Below are positions 1 through 14,680 of a stretch of DNA of 64,000 nucleotides, piece after piece. Every line of letters starts with the position of its first letter. The stretch's first letter is position 1. The notes under the pieces are model-generated. The model was not told the origin of the DNA. It searched no databases and saw nothing but the letters and a program-made list of their open reading frames with translations. The position numbers and the translations under genes were made by a program. The DNA lies in the NCBI RefSeq assembly GCF_009914755.1, contig NC_060933.1; one strand, 5' to 3'. Source of the stretch: the human T2T-CHM13v2.0 reference genome, Homo sapiens.

Positions 1-325
1 GCCTCAGCCTCCCGAGTAGCTGGGACTACAGATGCCTGTCACCATGCCCGGCTAATTTTTTTTTGTATTTTTAGTAGAGACGGGGTTTCACCATGTTAGC
101 CAGGATGGTCTCAATCTCCTGACCTCGTGATCCACCTGCCTCGGCCTCCCATAGTGCTGGGATTACAGGCGTGAGCCATCGCGCCCGGCCAATTTTCATA
201 CTTTTAGCAGAGATGGTGTTTCACTGTGTTGGCCAGGCTGGTCTTGAACTCCTGACCTCAAGTGATCTGCCCACCTCGGCCTCCCAAAGTGCTGCAATTA
301 CAGGCATGAGCCACCACGCCCAGGC
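1..325 (-). mobile_element. Alu (1-190) nested in the A-rich linker of an older Alu (remaining arm 191-325)
   Basis: Two reverse Alu left arms in series; first ends gcgcccggcc at 190 and is directly followed by linker aattttcatacttttag. Confidence 0.85.
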
Positions 326-1220
326 ACTATGGGGCACTTCTAAGGACTTTTGGGCTTTGGAGAATACCAACCTAGCAGAAATGGTTCCTTTTGGAAAGGA
401 CATTGGATGACATCAAATGCTCAGCATAAAGTATATGCTTTGGGTACCTGTCACTCTTCTAGGTTACCCTCATGAAAATTGTATGAGGAAGTTATTGTGG
501 AGAAGTGATGAGGCGGGGTCATAGAGAGAACAGGGACTAAGAGGGTGCAAGAAGTTGGGGAAGTTGCAGAGCTAGGTGACAGAGGAGCATAGCAGAAGAA
601 AAAGCCTCGGTGTTGGGAGAAAACATGAAGAAAAAATAAGTTCTGTGCTTGGTCTTATGATATGAACTGCCTGATGCTGGTGGCATGAGGGAAGGTTGCT
701 TTAGCTATAAACGTACAACATCCATCAATATTCCACAGTACTCCACATTGTCTTTCTCCAAGCACTCTCCAGAGAAACAGACACCACTCATCAGTGGGAG
801 AAAACTGAAGCATTTTGTAGAAGAATCTCCAATTATAAAGAGTCAATGAATGGATCCTTTTTATACGTGAGACTCCTGACCACATTGCATCTCGAAGGCA
901 CCTTGTTATCATTGTCATGTGACAGTTTTTGAATCTGGTGTTTTTCTTTCTGCAATAGTAAGGCCAATCCTGCAGGGACCGAAGTCTGTGCAATCACTGT
1001 GAAACACAGCTGGAAATAAGGCAGGAAGAACTTACAGAGCTCAAACGTGCCCATCAGAATATTTCGAAACATAAGTTACAGTATAGGAATTCTCCCCTAA
1101 AGTCTCCAAACTGGAGTGAGAACAGCTGAATCACTTTCATGATACAAAAACATTCGCAGAATCTCTATGAAATTATGAAAATTAAATTCTAAGGTGCATT
1201 TTCATAAATGGGGTGGTTGC

Positions 1221-1813
1221 TGTGTTTATTTTCTGTTGCTGCAAATTTTGCCACAGACTCACTGGCTTAAAATGATATGCATTTATTATGTCATATGTCT
1301 CCCGATCCATGGGAGTCTGCTTGGGGTCTCGTGAGGTTGGAATCAAGATGTTGCCTGGATACATTCTCATCTTGGAGGCTCAGCCAGGGAAAGAGCTGCT
1401 TCCAAGACCCCTCAGGTTATCAGCAGAATTTGTTTCCTTGTGATTGTATGACTCAGTATGCACCATCTTCCTAGCTGCCAGCTGCAGACCCCTCTCAGCT
1501 TCCAGAGATTCCTCTCAAGGCCTCCCCACGCGGCCTTGCATCTCAGCAGCAGAGAAACTCTCGCATCATCAACTCTCTCAGGCTTCTCACCTCTCCGACT
1601 TCTTCAAAGTTCTGATTAAGTCAGGTGCACCTCTGATTAAGTCAATGCACTCAAATAATATCCCTATCTTAGTGACAATTGTGCCATACAAATGACCTAA
1701 TTACAGGAGTCAAACACATTATATTCATGGTTCCCGGGGTTAGGCAGGGTTTGTATGCCAGGTGGATGGGATATCGCCTTGGGAGCGCCATCTTTAGAAT
1801 CCTGCCTACCACA
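1221..1813 (-). mobile_element. MLT1 (MLT1E-like) solo LTR
   Basis: Reverse strand starts tgtggtaggcaggattctaaagatggc, typical MLT1 start; MaLR-like other end. Confidence 0.75.
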
Positions 1814-2839
1814 AATCCCAATTCTATAACACAAAAGGCCTGAGTGCTTCATCGCCATCACAGCAGGAGGTATAAGTTTCCCAGATACCCAAAGGTATCT
1901 GCTGTCTGTCTCCACCTAACATCCTATGTTCATACCAGGTGGTGAAAAATCCACTCATCATCCATACCATTCAGAAGCATACAGCCTGGATTTTGTCATT
2001 CTAGTTCTTGTCACTGTGTGTTTGAGCACATATTAGCTAGAGAAGCTCTTTCATCATCAGCTCTACACAGTGCAATCCTCAAAATGCCCACCGTTATCCA
2101 GAGGTTACCAATCTCTCTCTTTTAATTACACTTAAACTAGCAGAAATCTTCTTCATATCATTAACCCAAATGGAGAAAAGAAAGCTAGAAAATTATACAT
2201 CTATTTTTCCACCAAGAGAGAAGAAAAAGAACATTTTCCTCCCACATTTATTGTGCCTTCAAGTGGTTATAGCAACCTGTTAAGATCAGCCAGTGTCGTT
2301 AAACTGCTTCCCAGCGAATACAGCCAGTGAAGCTGAAAGAGATAATAAAGTTTCTTAGGAGACTGACTACTAGACTAGCTTGACACTGGCTCCATACAGA
2401 AGAAAAAATAAATCAGTAGTTACACCTCTAGCAGCTACTGACTAGACATCCTTGCATTAAGGGTGGGAAATTCAATATACAAAGAAGCAAAGTGTTGACA
2501 ATAAAAAGAAAGTAAAAACTGAAAGAAAACTGTAATTGGATTGAATATGGCTAAAATCAAGATATGAAAAAGCAGAAAACAAAGCCAATTCAAACCCTGA
2601 AGAAAGAATAAATGAGAAAATAAATGAAAAAAATTAATTGGCTCAGCAAGTCATGACTGGAAAAAATAATTAACATTATTAAATTATTCTACCTTCGGGC
2701 ATGGAATAAAATGAAGATGTAAGTATTAACGTTAATTTCAATCTATTTATGAATGGTAAATTGCTTTCTCCTTCCTCTTTGTATGTTTAGGTCTGGGAAA
2801 TTTGTTTGGAATTAGCAACCTGGGATGAGGTTTATTAAG

Positions 2840-3350
2840 ACAGAATGACTATGAACTTGCCTGCAAAGTGGCCGCTCCTTTCTTCCCTTCTTTTCTATCA
2901 GGTCATTCGCCCATTGAGAGGTGGTATCTATTTCTGTGCCCCCATGAATCTGCATTTGCAGATTCCAAGATTAGGACATAAGAAGCTTTTTAGCTTTTGC
3001 CTGGGTCTCGTGGAATGCAGGGGAATCTGGGGAAAGCCAAGCTCTCTACAAAAACTCTGACTAGCCCAAGACTGTCATACTGTGAGGAACCTCAAGCTTG
3101 TCACATGGAGAGGCTGTGTGGAGACCAAGTTACCTGACCAGCTCCTAGCTCTTCAATCCATAGCATTCCAGGTGCCAGGTATAGAGGTGCAGAAGCTTTC
3201 TGACAGCTTCAGCCTTGTCTGCCATCTGAGGAGTCACAAGTGAGAACTAATCTGGAGTAATCAACATCACCATCCCCTGCCATGAAATCAATGCAGTGTG
3301 TTCATTCACTAAATTAGGAGGCAGCTTGTTCTATGCAGTGGTACAGAACA
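2840..3350 (+). mobile_element. Old MLT1 (G/H-like) LTR
   Basis: gagaggtggtatctatttc...tgaatctg and gtcatactgtgaggaacctcaagc motifs. Confidence 0.55.
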
Positions 3351-3432
3351 GGAACAATGATGCCTAGGGCTGGGGTACAGGTTGTGAAGGAAGAAATTTC
3401 ATGTCGGCAAAACTTCAGAGCATATTACATAT

Positions 3433-3737
3433 TTTGTTTGTTTGTTTGTTTGTTTGTTTGTTTGAGATGGAGTCTTGCTCTGTCGCCCAGGCTGGAGTGC
3501 AGTGGCGCAATCCCGACTCACTGCAAGCTCTGCCTCCCGGGTTCACGCCATTCTCCTGCCTCCTAAGTAGCTGGGACTACAGGTGCCTGCCACCACGCCC
3601 AGCTAATTTTTTGTATTTTTAGTAGAGACGGGGTTTCACCATGTTAGCCAGGATGGTCTCGATCTCCTGACCTCGTGATCCACCCACCTCGGCCTCCCAA
3701 AGTGCTGGGATTACAGGCGTGAGCCACTGCGCCTGGC
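3433..3737 (-). mobile_element. Alu (Y-like) with (GTTT)n tail
   Basis: Near full-length reverse Alu; gagcatat on both flanks. Confidence 0.95.
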
Positions 3738-4409
3738 GAGCATATGAAATCTTAAAGGTCACGCAGCTGAATTTCTGAGCTTAAAAAAAGGAAACCAGGT
3801 ACTCAAAGAAGCTGTGACCTGCCGAAAGTCACCCAGCAAATTAATAGTGGAACCAAAGCAAAAATCAAGTTTTCAGCATGTAATGTCCTTACACCACGTA
3901 AAAAAGGTTTGGGTTCCTTAGTTTGAGAAACATCAATACCCCTTCATAAATCAAGGGCATAAACTTTGCAGAAAAATTAAACTTCTTACCACCTGGCATC
4001 CAAACTGGAGTGAGAACAGCTTTGCCACATCTACATTCCCACTCCTACTCAGAAGACAGACTCCAAGAAGCATAAAACTTCTGGAGTCCTGGGGTAACCT
4101 GAGCAAAGCCCATGATAGGTTTCCAGGAAGCAAGGGCATGAGCAGGGGTGGAGACTGAAGCCCCATCCCTGCAAGGGTCCACTCTGAACCTCAAGGCCCA
4201 TAATCCTCCCCCATATTTCTCTGCTCTGCCATTTTTGGGTGCTCTGTCAAGTCCCAAACCCCTTAGTAAGTCTGTCTTTTCTTCTACTCTAAGCACCTCT
4301 ATTCTTCTAGCTCACCCTTTCACTGTGGTCCTGCCTTCCAGCTCTTTCCTTCTGTGCCCTCTGGGAACTCATTACATTTTCAAAAAGGACTATCTCAACA
4401 TCATCACAG

Positions 4410-4620
4410 AATGCCCTTGTATAGCATAGCGTTTGAGAGTATGGCTTGGAAGCAACAGTCTGGATTTCTAATGCAGACTCCACCATTTACCAGTCACAAG
4501 CCTTAACAAGTCACTTAATGTCTCTGAACTTCAGTATCTTCCACTGTAAAATGAAGGTATCCATTGTGAAGATTAAATAAGATGATGCCCATAAAATGCA
4601 CAGGCTAATACCTGGCACAC
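4410..4620 (+). mobile_element. MIR
   Basis: caagtcacttaatgtctctgaacttcagtatcttccactgtaaaatg resembles the MIR core. Confidence 0.7.
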
Positions 4621-4810
4621 AAAAAAATAATAAAACAACAAAAAAAGGGTTGACTATACATCCTCAACTCCACTGAAGCCTAGACCACCATTTGCAATGC
4701 CCTTGTAGAACTCATTATTTCCATAGTTTGTCTACCATAGCATCAGGAAACATTTCTGGTAAATTTCCATCAATTCCTGGTTACTGGTGTTCATAAAAAG
4801 AAGCAAGTAG

Positions 4811-5096
4811 GCTAGGCGCCGTGGCTCAAGCCTGCAATCCCAGCACTTTGGGAGGCCGAGGCGGGCAGATTATGAGGTCAGGAGATTGAGACCATCCTGG
4901 CTAACACGGTGAAACCCTGTCTCTACTAAAAATACAAAAAAATATTAGCCAGGCTTGGTGGCGGGCGCCTGTAGTCCCAGCTACTCAGGAGGCTGATGCA
5001 GGAGAATGGCGTGAACCTGGGAAGCGGAGCTTGCAGTGAGCCGAGATCGGGCCACTGCACTCCAGCTTGGGCGATGCAGCGAGACTCAGTCTCAAA

Positions 5097-5121
<25 letters not shown>
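4811..5121 (+). mobile_element. AluY-like
   Basis: Full dimer with long poly(A). Confidence 0.95.
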
Positions 5122-5127
<6 letters not shown>

Positions 5128-5407
5128 CAAGCAAACAAAATGACAATCTCACTTATCCTTTTAGACAAATATCAGCTGATTACAGCAACCTCTACCATTT
5201 CTAGCAAGTGTCATCTTCCAAATGGATCATTTTCTTACATCCATCACCATCTTCTCAATTCCTCAATCTTCAATTTCCTTGTGGATGACACTTAAGTGCT
5301 AGGAACTTGCAATTCCTTCATGTGTAAATGACCTTCACTGTTGCTCCTTTTCAGCACCCATGCCATGGACCTACTTGGAACTTCTCATGACCTAGGATGG
5401 TACCATC

Positions 5408-6033
<626 letters not shown>

Positions 6034-7214
6034 ACGTACTTTTTAAGATAATAAATTATCCAATACTATCTAACTATGGAGACTATCACTGGGTTCATTC
6101 ATAAGATATAGTGACCTTAACCCCATTCATTCAAACCATATCAGATTCTCTTTTTTTAGTGCATTGAAACATTATTCTTTGCCAACCTTCTGTATTGATA
6201 AACATCAGGATGGCACCAAAAATCTAAAATATGCAATTCTGTAAAATGTGGCCGTTGTAAATGTGAATTTGGTGGGAACTTAATACCTGAACCATTATTT
6301 CCTCAGTTGGCAAAGTGAAGCTATTTCCTCTTCTTTATGAGATTGCAGCAGAAACATGCAATTTAAAAAGCAGGAGAGAATTAGGGATCACTCAGGCCCA
6401 ACACGATTCCACCATAACCCTCATTTTTCAACCAAAGTAAAAGAATCTCATGCATGTTGCGTGACTAGCTGTTGGAAATGTTCTTGTTAAGACCCCTTCA
6501 TGAGTAGTACCATGTCTTCTGGCTCTCGGCCTGCTGCTCTGTCCACATGACATAGAAGAGTCACAACAAGGTGACAGACAGTCACAAGTGCTGCAAAACC
6601 ATTGAACAAATGAACAACTGTGGGTTCCTTGTCAGTTACTAGCAAAACAAAGGTGCAAAACTAAAATTGTTATATTTATATTTATACCATTAATAAATGT
6701 TACAAGGTTATAAACATCATACAATGTATGAGGGATTCCTGTTATCTTTCTTATAAACCCACTGTATAGATGCTTTCCCACACATGCTGTTCTATCAGAG
6801 ACCCTTTTCCTGTTTCTGCCTGCCTTCTTGATCTCATCCAAAAGGTCAGAAGAGTCTGGCTCTCACCTGCAGGTTCAGGGAAGCCCCAGTAGCACACTCA
6901 TGGCTTTCTACTCTCTCCTATTCTCCACTGCAACTTAAAGATCCTTCACATCTTACCTCAAGACAACAACTCCATGGTCATGGCAAAGCATTGAGTATAA
7001 CTACTATATATTTTTTACAAATATACTTTAAATTATCTCATATCAATGAAAAGAAACACATATATGGAGTAAAAAAAAAGTCATTCACTTCACACCACTG
7101 GCTCTCTCACTTGGGGATCAGGGAACACTAATTTCTTGAAGATCCTTCCAGAAATAATCCTGTACCTTTATATGCATGTATATGTATAAATCTTTTTTGG
7201 AAATTTCAACTGAG

Positions 7215-8010
<796 letters not shown>

Positions 8011-8277
8011 AGAGCACAATATGCACACTATTCTGTATCTTGCCTTTTTAAAAGGCAATATATATTAACGTTATCAGTAAATATGACCTTATTTTTTCAT
8101 GGCTGCATGTTATTCTGGGGCATGGAGGCACTATTATTTGCTTAGTCAGCCACCTATTGCTGGAGAACTGGACCTGTACTATTTCACTGTTATAAAAATT
8201 GATACAATTAACATCTCCATTTAGTGGGGGATATGAGTATTTCTCATAAGAATCACCATTTAGAAAAGAATGAATAT

Positions 8278-8655
<378 letters not shown>

Positions 8656-9756
8656 TCAGAAAAGTTGTCATTTATTTATTTGTATGACATTGCCAATTAT
8701 CCCTCTTGTGTTATTTTTAAAATTTTCCCACCAGCTGTCTAAATGACTGTCACCTCCTCCCCACGCCCTAAGGCAGCAATTTCTGATTTGGAACCATGGG
8801 AATTTCACTTTCACAATTTCATCTGCCAACATGCAATAACATCTGTCTCTATGCTGATGTGGTTGTGCATCTGGGCTTGGGTTTAAATCTCTGTACCACC
8901 TTAACTAGCAAAGTGACATTATGCAACTGACAATCTCTTGTGATTTTTCTGTGAATTAATTGAATATTTATGTGTAACACACCAAGTGTTCTGCAAATGC
9001 TAGCTTTACTGGATTATTTAGTATTCTAATTTAAATTGATAAAATTCTTTTTATGATTGTCTTCTGCTAAGCAGTAATATTTAAGGCTGATGTGTGATTT
9101 ATATATTATTCCAAGACATATAACTACAAGAAATATGCTTTTCCTATCCATAGTTTTAAAAGCACTGTGTTAATCAACAGAATATTATTAAATATTTGGA
9201 CAGTATCAGTTTGAAAAGTTAAGTGAAGTTATATCTCATTGCTGTGACCCTTCTTTTGTGGTACGTTCTTCAAGGTAAAAACAAAATATGTATCAATCAA
9301 ATGAAACACTGTTTTGTTCTGAATGTTAAATTCGCTTTAAGTAATTGCTTATTGTTTTTCTTCTAAAATGCCATATTCCCAGGATGTTCTAGGAACTTCT
9401 GTTTGGCAAAAGTAAAATCCTTATCACATGAAGGACCTGCACGGTAGGAAAGAAAATTATCTTACATTTTAAGTTGTCAGTGAATTTGAATAGTAATTCC
9501 CAACTTGAACTCATGAGAAGTAGTTAACCTTTTCAATTAGAGTTCTGATGAGTTTTTAATATAAGCAATAAATCCCTAATTATTATTACAGAAAGCACAA
9601 ATTAGGGAAAAATTACAGTCCTCAAAGACATGGCTAAATCTAAACTCTTAGGTGCCTGGAAATTATTTACTGATAGAAGTAATTAGAGAAGAAACCTGGT
9701 GCTTTGTTCCACTAGAGCGATAGCTGCTGGGAAGAAGGCACCTCTTGGATGCATAG

Positions 9757-10110
<354 letters not shown>

Positions 10111-10609
10111 CTGGAGCTGGGTTCTTAAGGCCCATCCAATTGCAGGGATAGGCAGTAGGTCAGGGTGGCACATGAACACAGTTTGGAAAAGTCTACACAA
10201 TTTCAGACGGCTGAAAGTTGAGGTAAAAGGCCGAAATTAAACCAGTCTATTCCACAGAATAAATGTTCTTGTTGATATTTGAAGTGCACCCAAGAAGTAC
10301 AGAGTTGCAAATGATTCACTAAATTTACTTCATTCTGCTCCAAGTACCTAAGGGTACAAGGAATTGGAATCTTCTGCCTTCCTTTTTAGGGGACAGATGA
10401 GAAATAGAGAAAGGGAAGCCTCTGAGAACGGGGAGGTAGAAGGGAGAGCAAAGGGTCTGTTGTAAGGGGTGTGGGAGAGACAGCAGATTTGGAAGCAGGG
10501 TACATCCAGCCCTCTCTGGCCTTCTTGGATGAGCCTCTCTCCTCCCATCTTTGGGACTACAATGGGGATTACCTCGTTTTTGTTTTTTTGAAGAAAGCAT
10601 GGTTACATT

Positions 10610-13390
10610 TGTCTTATATATTTTTTAATTTGTATGAATTTATGAGTAACAAGTGCAATTTTGTTACATACATAGTGGTCAAGGCAGAGCTTTTAGGGTA
10701 TCCATCACCCAAATGCTGTAGATTGTACCCATTAGTAATTTCTCATCATCCCCCCACAATTCTGAGTCCCCACTGCCTATCATTCCACTGTCTACATCCA
10801 GGCAGACACTTTTTTTAGCACTCACTTATGAGCGATATTTTTCTATATCTGGCTTATTTCGCTTAAGATAATGACCTCCAGTTCCAACCATGTTGCTGCA
10901 AAATACGTGATTTCATTCTTTTTGTGGCTGAATAGAATTCTATCAGGTATATATACCACATGTTCTTTATCCAGTCATCCACTGGTGGTCCCTTAGGTTG
11001 ATTCTATATCTTTTCTATTGTGAATAGTGCTGCAAGAAACATGAGTGCAGGTACCTCTTTGATATATTGATTTATTTTCCTTTGAGTAGATACCCAGTAG
11101 TGAGGTTGTGGGATCGAACAGTCGTTCTAGTTTTAGTTCTTTGGGAAATCTCTATTTTCAATAAAGGTTGTACTAATTTACATTCCCATCAACAGCATAT
11201 AAACATTCCTTTTTCTCCATATCCTCACCAACATAGCAGATGAGACATTTTATCTTTTTAATAATAGCCATTTTAATGAAGATGATATCTTATTATGGTT
11301 TTAATTTACATTTCTCTGATGATTAGTGTTGAGCATTTTTTTTATATGCCCATGCTGGCCATTTGTGTGTCTTCTTTTGAAAAATGTCTATTTATATCCT
11401 TTGACCACTTTTAAAGAACATTATTTGTTCTTTGTCTTTTTTTTTTTAATTTTTTTTTTAGACAGAGTTTCCCTCTGTCGCGAAGGCTGGAGTGCAATGT
11501 GGAGGAGTGCAATGGTGCAACTTTGGCTCACTGCAACTTCCACCTCCCAGATTCAAGGGATTCTTGCCTCTCAGCCTCCCGAATAGCTGGGATTACATGT
11601 TCCCACCACCATGCCCGGCTAATTTTTGTAGTTTTAGTAGAGACGGGCTATCGCTATGTTGGCCAGGCGGGTCTCAAACTCCTTAAGTGGTCCAGTCGTC
11701 CTGGCCTCTGAAAGTGCTGGGATTATAAACGTGAGCCACCATGCCTGGCCTTGTTTGCGCTTTTTGTTGTTGTTGTTTGTTGAGGGAGTCGTTTGAGCTT
11801 CTTCTATATTCTGGATATTAGTCCCCTATGGGATAAATAGTTTTCAAATATTTTCTCCTATTCTCTTATTGCCTGTTTACACACCTGGTTATTTCTTTTG
11901 CTGTGCAGAAGCTTTTTAGTTTAATTGTCCCATTTGTCTAATTTTGGTTTTATTCCCTGTCCTTTTAGGTCTTAAGTCATAAATTCTTTGCCTAGACCAA
12001 TGTCCAGAAGAATTTTCTCAAGGTTTTTAGTATTTTGATAGCTTTGGGTCTTACATTTAAGTCTTTAATACATCTTAAGTTGATTTTTGCATATGGTGAG
12101 AGATAAGGGTCTGTGTCCAGATTTGATTCCTGCCAGTGGGTTGGTGGTCTCACTGACTTCAAGAATGAAGTCACAGACTTTCACAGTGAGTGTTACAGCT
12201 TTTAAAGGTGGCACGGACCCAAAGAGTGAGCAGCAGCAAGATTCACTGTGAAAAGCGAAAGAACACAGCTTCCACGCATAGAAGGTAACCCAAGCAGATT
12301 GCCACTGCCAGCTGAGGTGGCCAGCTTTTATTCCCTTATTTGTCCCTGCCCATGTTTGGTTTTTGTCCTATCAGAGTGCCCTTTTTTCAATCCTCCCTGT
12401 GATTGGCTACTTTTAGCTACTGCTGATTGGTGCGTTTTACAGAGCACTGATTGGTGCATTTTACAGAGCGTTGATTGGTGCATTTTACAATCCTCTTGCT
12501 AGCTACAGAGCGCTGATTTACGATCCTCTTTTAAGACAGAAAAGTTCTCCAAATCCCCACTCGACCCAGGAAGTCCAGCTGGCTTCACCTCTCAGGTTCT
12601 GTTTTATTTTCCTGCATATGGCTATCTAATTTCCCAGCACCGTTTATTGAAAAGGATGTCAAGTGATTTTTCTGCATCTATTGAGGTTTTTAATCCTTCA
12701 TTCTATTTTCGTGATGTATCACATTTATTAATTTGCATATGTTGAACTATCCTTCCATTCCTTATGTACAACCCACTTGATCATGGTGTATTACCTTTTT
12801 GATGTGCTCTTGAATTCCATTTGCTAGTATTTTGTTGAGGATATTTGCGTCTATGTTTATCAGAGATATTGGCATGTAGTTTTCTTTTTTTGTTTTGTTT
12901 TGTCTTTGTCTGGTTTTAGTATCAGAGTGATACTGGCCTTGTTACATGAGGAATGAAGAAGTCCCTCCTCCCAGATTATTTGGAACAGTTTCAGGAAGAT
13001 TGGTATTAGTTCTTCTTTGTTCATTTTATGGAATTCAGCTATGAATCCATCAGGTCCTGGACTTTTTTTTTTCATGGGAAATGTATTTATTACTGATTCA
13101 ATCCTGCTACTCATTATTGGTCTATTCAGGTTTTCAGTTTTTTCCTTCTTCAATCTTAGGAGGTTGTATGTTTCCAGGAATTTAGCCATTTCCTCGGGAT
13201 TTTTTTGGTTTGTGAGCATGTAGTTGTTCATAATAGTCACAGATGAAATTTTGGTTTTCTGTGGTATCACTTGTAAGTCTTCTTTTCATTTCTGATTTTG
13301 TCTCTTCTCTTTTCTTGGTTGCTAGCAGTTTATCAATTTTGTTTCTCTTTTCAAAGAATCAACTTTTTGTTTCATTGCTCCTTTGAATGG
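10610..13390 (-). mobile_element. L1 (L1PB/L1MA-like) 3' part with internal deletion; contains Alu 11436-11750 (-) and an LTR12
   Basis: L1 3'UTR and ORF2 remnants (ORF 12860-13270 LNRPIMSSRIESVI...KSPGPDGFIAEF). Confidence 0.9.
12112..12594 (-). mobile_element. LTR12 (LTR12F-like, ERV9) solo LTR
   Basis: Reverse strand begins tgagaggtgaagccagctgg and ends ggacaca; tandem gattggtgc (CCAAT) repeats at ~12400-12490; 4-bp TSD ggtc/ggtt within L1. Confidence 0.92.
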
Positions 13391-14486
13391 TATTCTTACA
13401 TAGATGCAATGATAATATGTTCTATAGGCTTTAGAAGAATCTTAGTGCATTGTCAAAGAAACATTTTTAGTTGAGCACATACATTATGAGCAAAGGAGTG
13501 GCATTAGATCTTCATAGTAGAGACAGTTATAGTGTTTCTAATACATGTGTTTCTTAGAGAGAATCTAACAACATGGAAAGGGCCTACTCACAAAGGCCAC
13601 TGTGCAAAGATAACAGGAAACTCCCCAAAAGCTTATCTTCAAGTTAGCTGCATCAAGTCCTGTGGTGCTTGAAAATCTCTCCATTAATGCTGAATTGAAG
13701 ACTACAGGGAGATGAAAAGACTGTAGGATTAATATGCTTCATCACGATAATCTATAATATTAAGAAATAATTTAAAATTGTTGAACAAATATGTCATGGT
13801 GTATGTCCCAAAGGTTCATTATGGGCTATTGAATTAATAACTTTATAAATCTATTCACATATCACCTAAGACATAAAATTATTTTCAAAAGAAACAGAAT
13901 TTGATATACAAACATTTAAGAACTCGAATTGCCTTGTAAAGATGTCCACATACGATTGGGAAAGAAGGCAGACCTTCCCAGAGGGAGTGAGTAAAGCATC
14001 ATCAGCAAATAATAAGTTAAACAAAGTGAATAAAAGCTTATTGTTAGGTTTGTAATGTTTGTGACAATATTGTAGGAAATATTGTACATAAAATGCTGTA
14101 TGGAGTATAAACTCAGATGTAACAGGATCATATTTGAAAATAGTAAATATGTTTAATATTCTTCTTCTTAGTAAATCATGTTCCCTAGCCATCATTTTAC
14201 CTTATTGCAATACCAATCCAAAAAGAGGAGAATAAGAGGCCATGTAGTTCCACATCAGCCCAGAAAAGGCGTCCCCTTTTTCTGGTCATGACAGATTATG
14301 AGAATGAAAAGGGGATGAAGGCAGAAAGTTCAGGAGGTGAGACACATATCTAAACTCCTCTATCAGAGCTAAAGTCCCAGAAGTCAAGTCTTCTTAGTTA
14401 CACTGAGGAACAAGTGAAGAAGAGATGATGACTTTAATTTAGCTTCCTACTTGAGTTTTTGAAGGGAGATCACTTGGCAGGGTACT

Positions 14487-14680
14487 TGTGGTAGCCTGTT
14501 CAACAAATGTTTCCAGTTCTTTTCCCTTTCAGGTACACAGCATAATTGTAATTCCTGTCCACTTGAGGTAGGGTGGAACTATGTAACTAATTCTGCCCAA
14601 TGACTTGTGAGTGGAAGTGGAAGCATATGATTACCAGAGTGAGACCATCCAGAGCTCTTCTTTTCCCTCTGGCACAGAGT
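14487..14680 (+). mobile_element. MLT1 (I/J-like) LTR fragment
   Basis: tgtggtagcc start; catgtgact-like...ccaatg..tgtgagtggaagtg motif. Confidence 0.55.

Larger units (their letters stand above)
600..4114 (-). pseudogene. Candidate decayed multi-exon gene with ZP-N-like Cys/Gly/Trp pattern
   Basis: Acceptors ttttcataatttcatag (exon start 1164) and ctttattatctctttcag (2332); donors GTAAGT (1035) and GTAAGA (3989); ORF 655-993 reads CLRDAMWSGVS...WRFF...QCGVLWNIDGCCTFIAKATF. Confidence 0.3.

Noticed and set aside
12860-13270. 136-aa ORF resembling a reverse-transcriptase protein, and similar ORFs at 27075, 34752, 39731 and 41135
   Set aside because: Degenerate L1 ORF2 fragments; no intact L1 is present.
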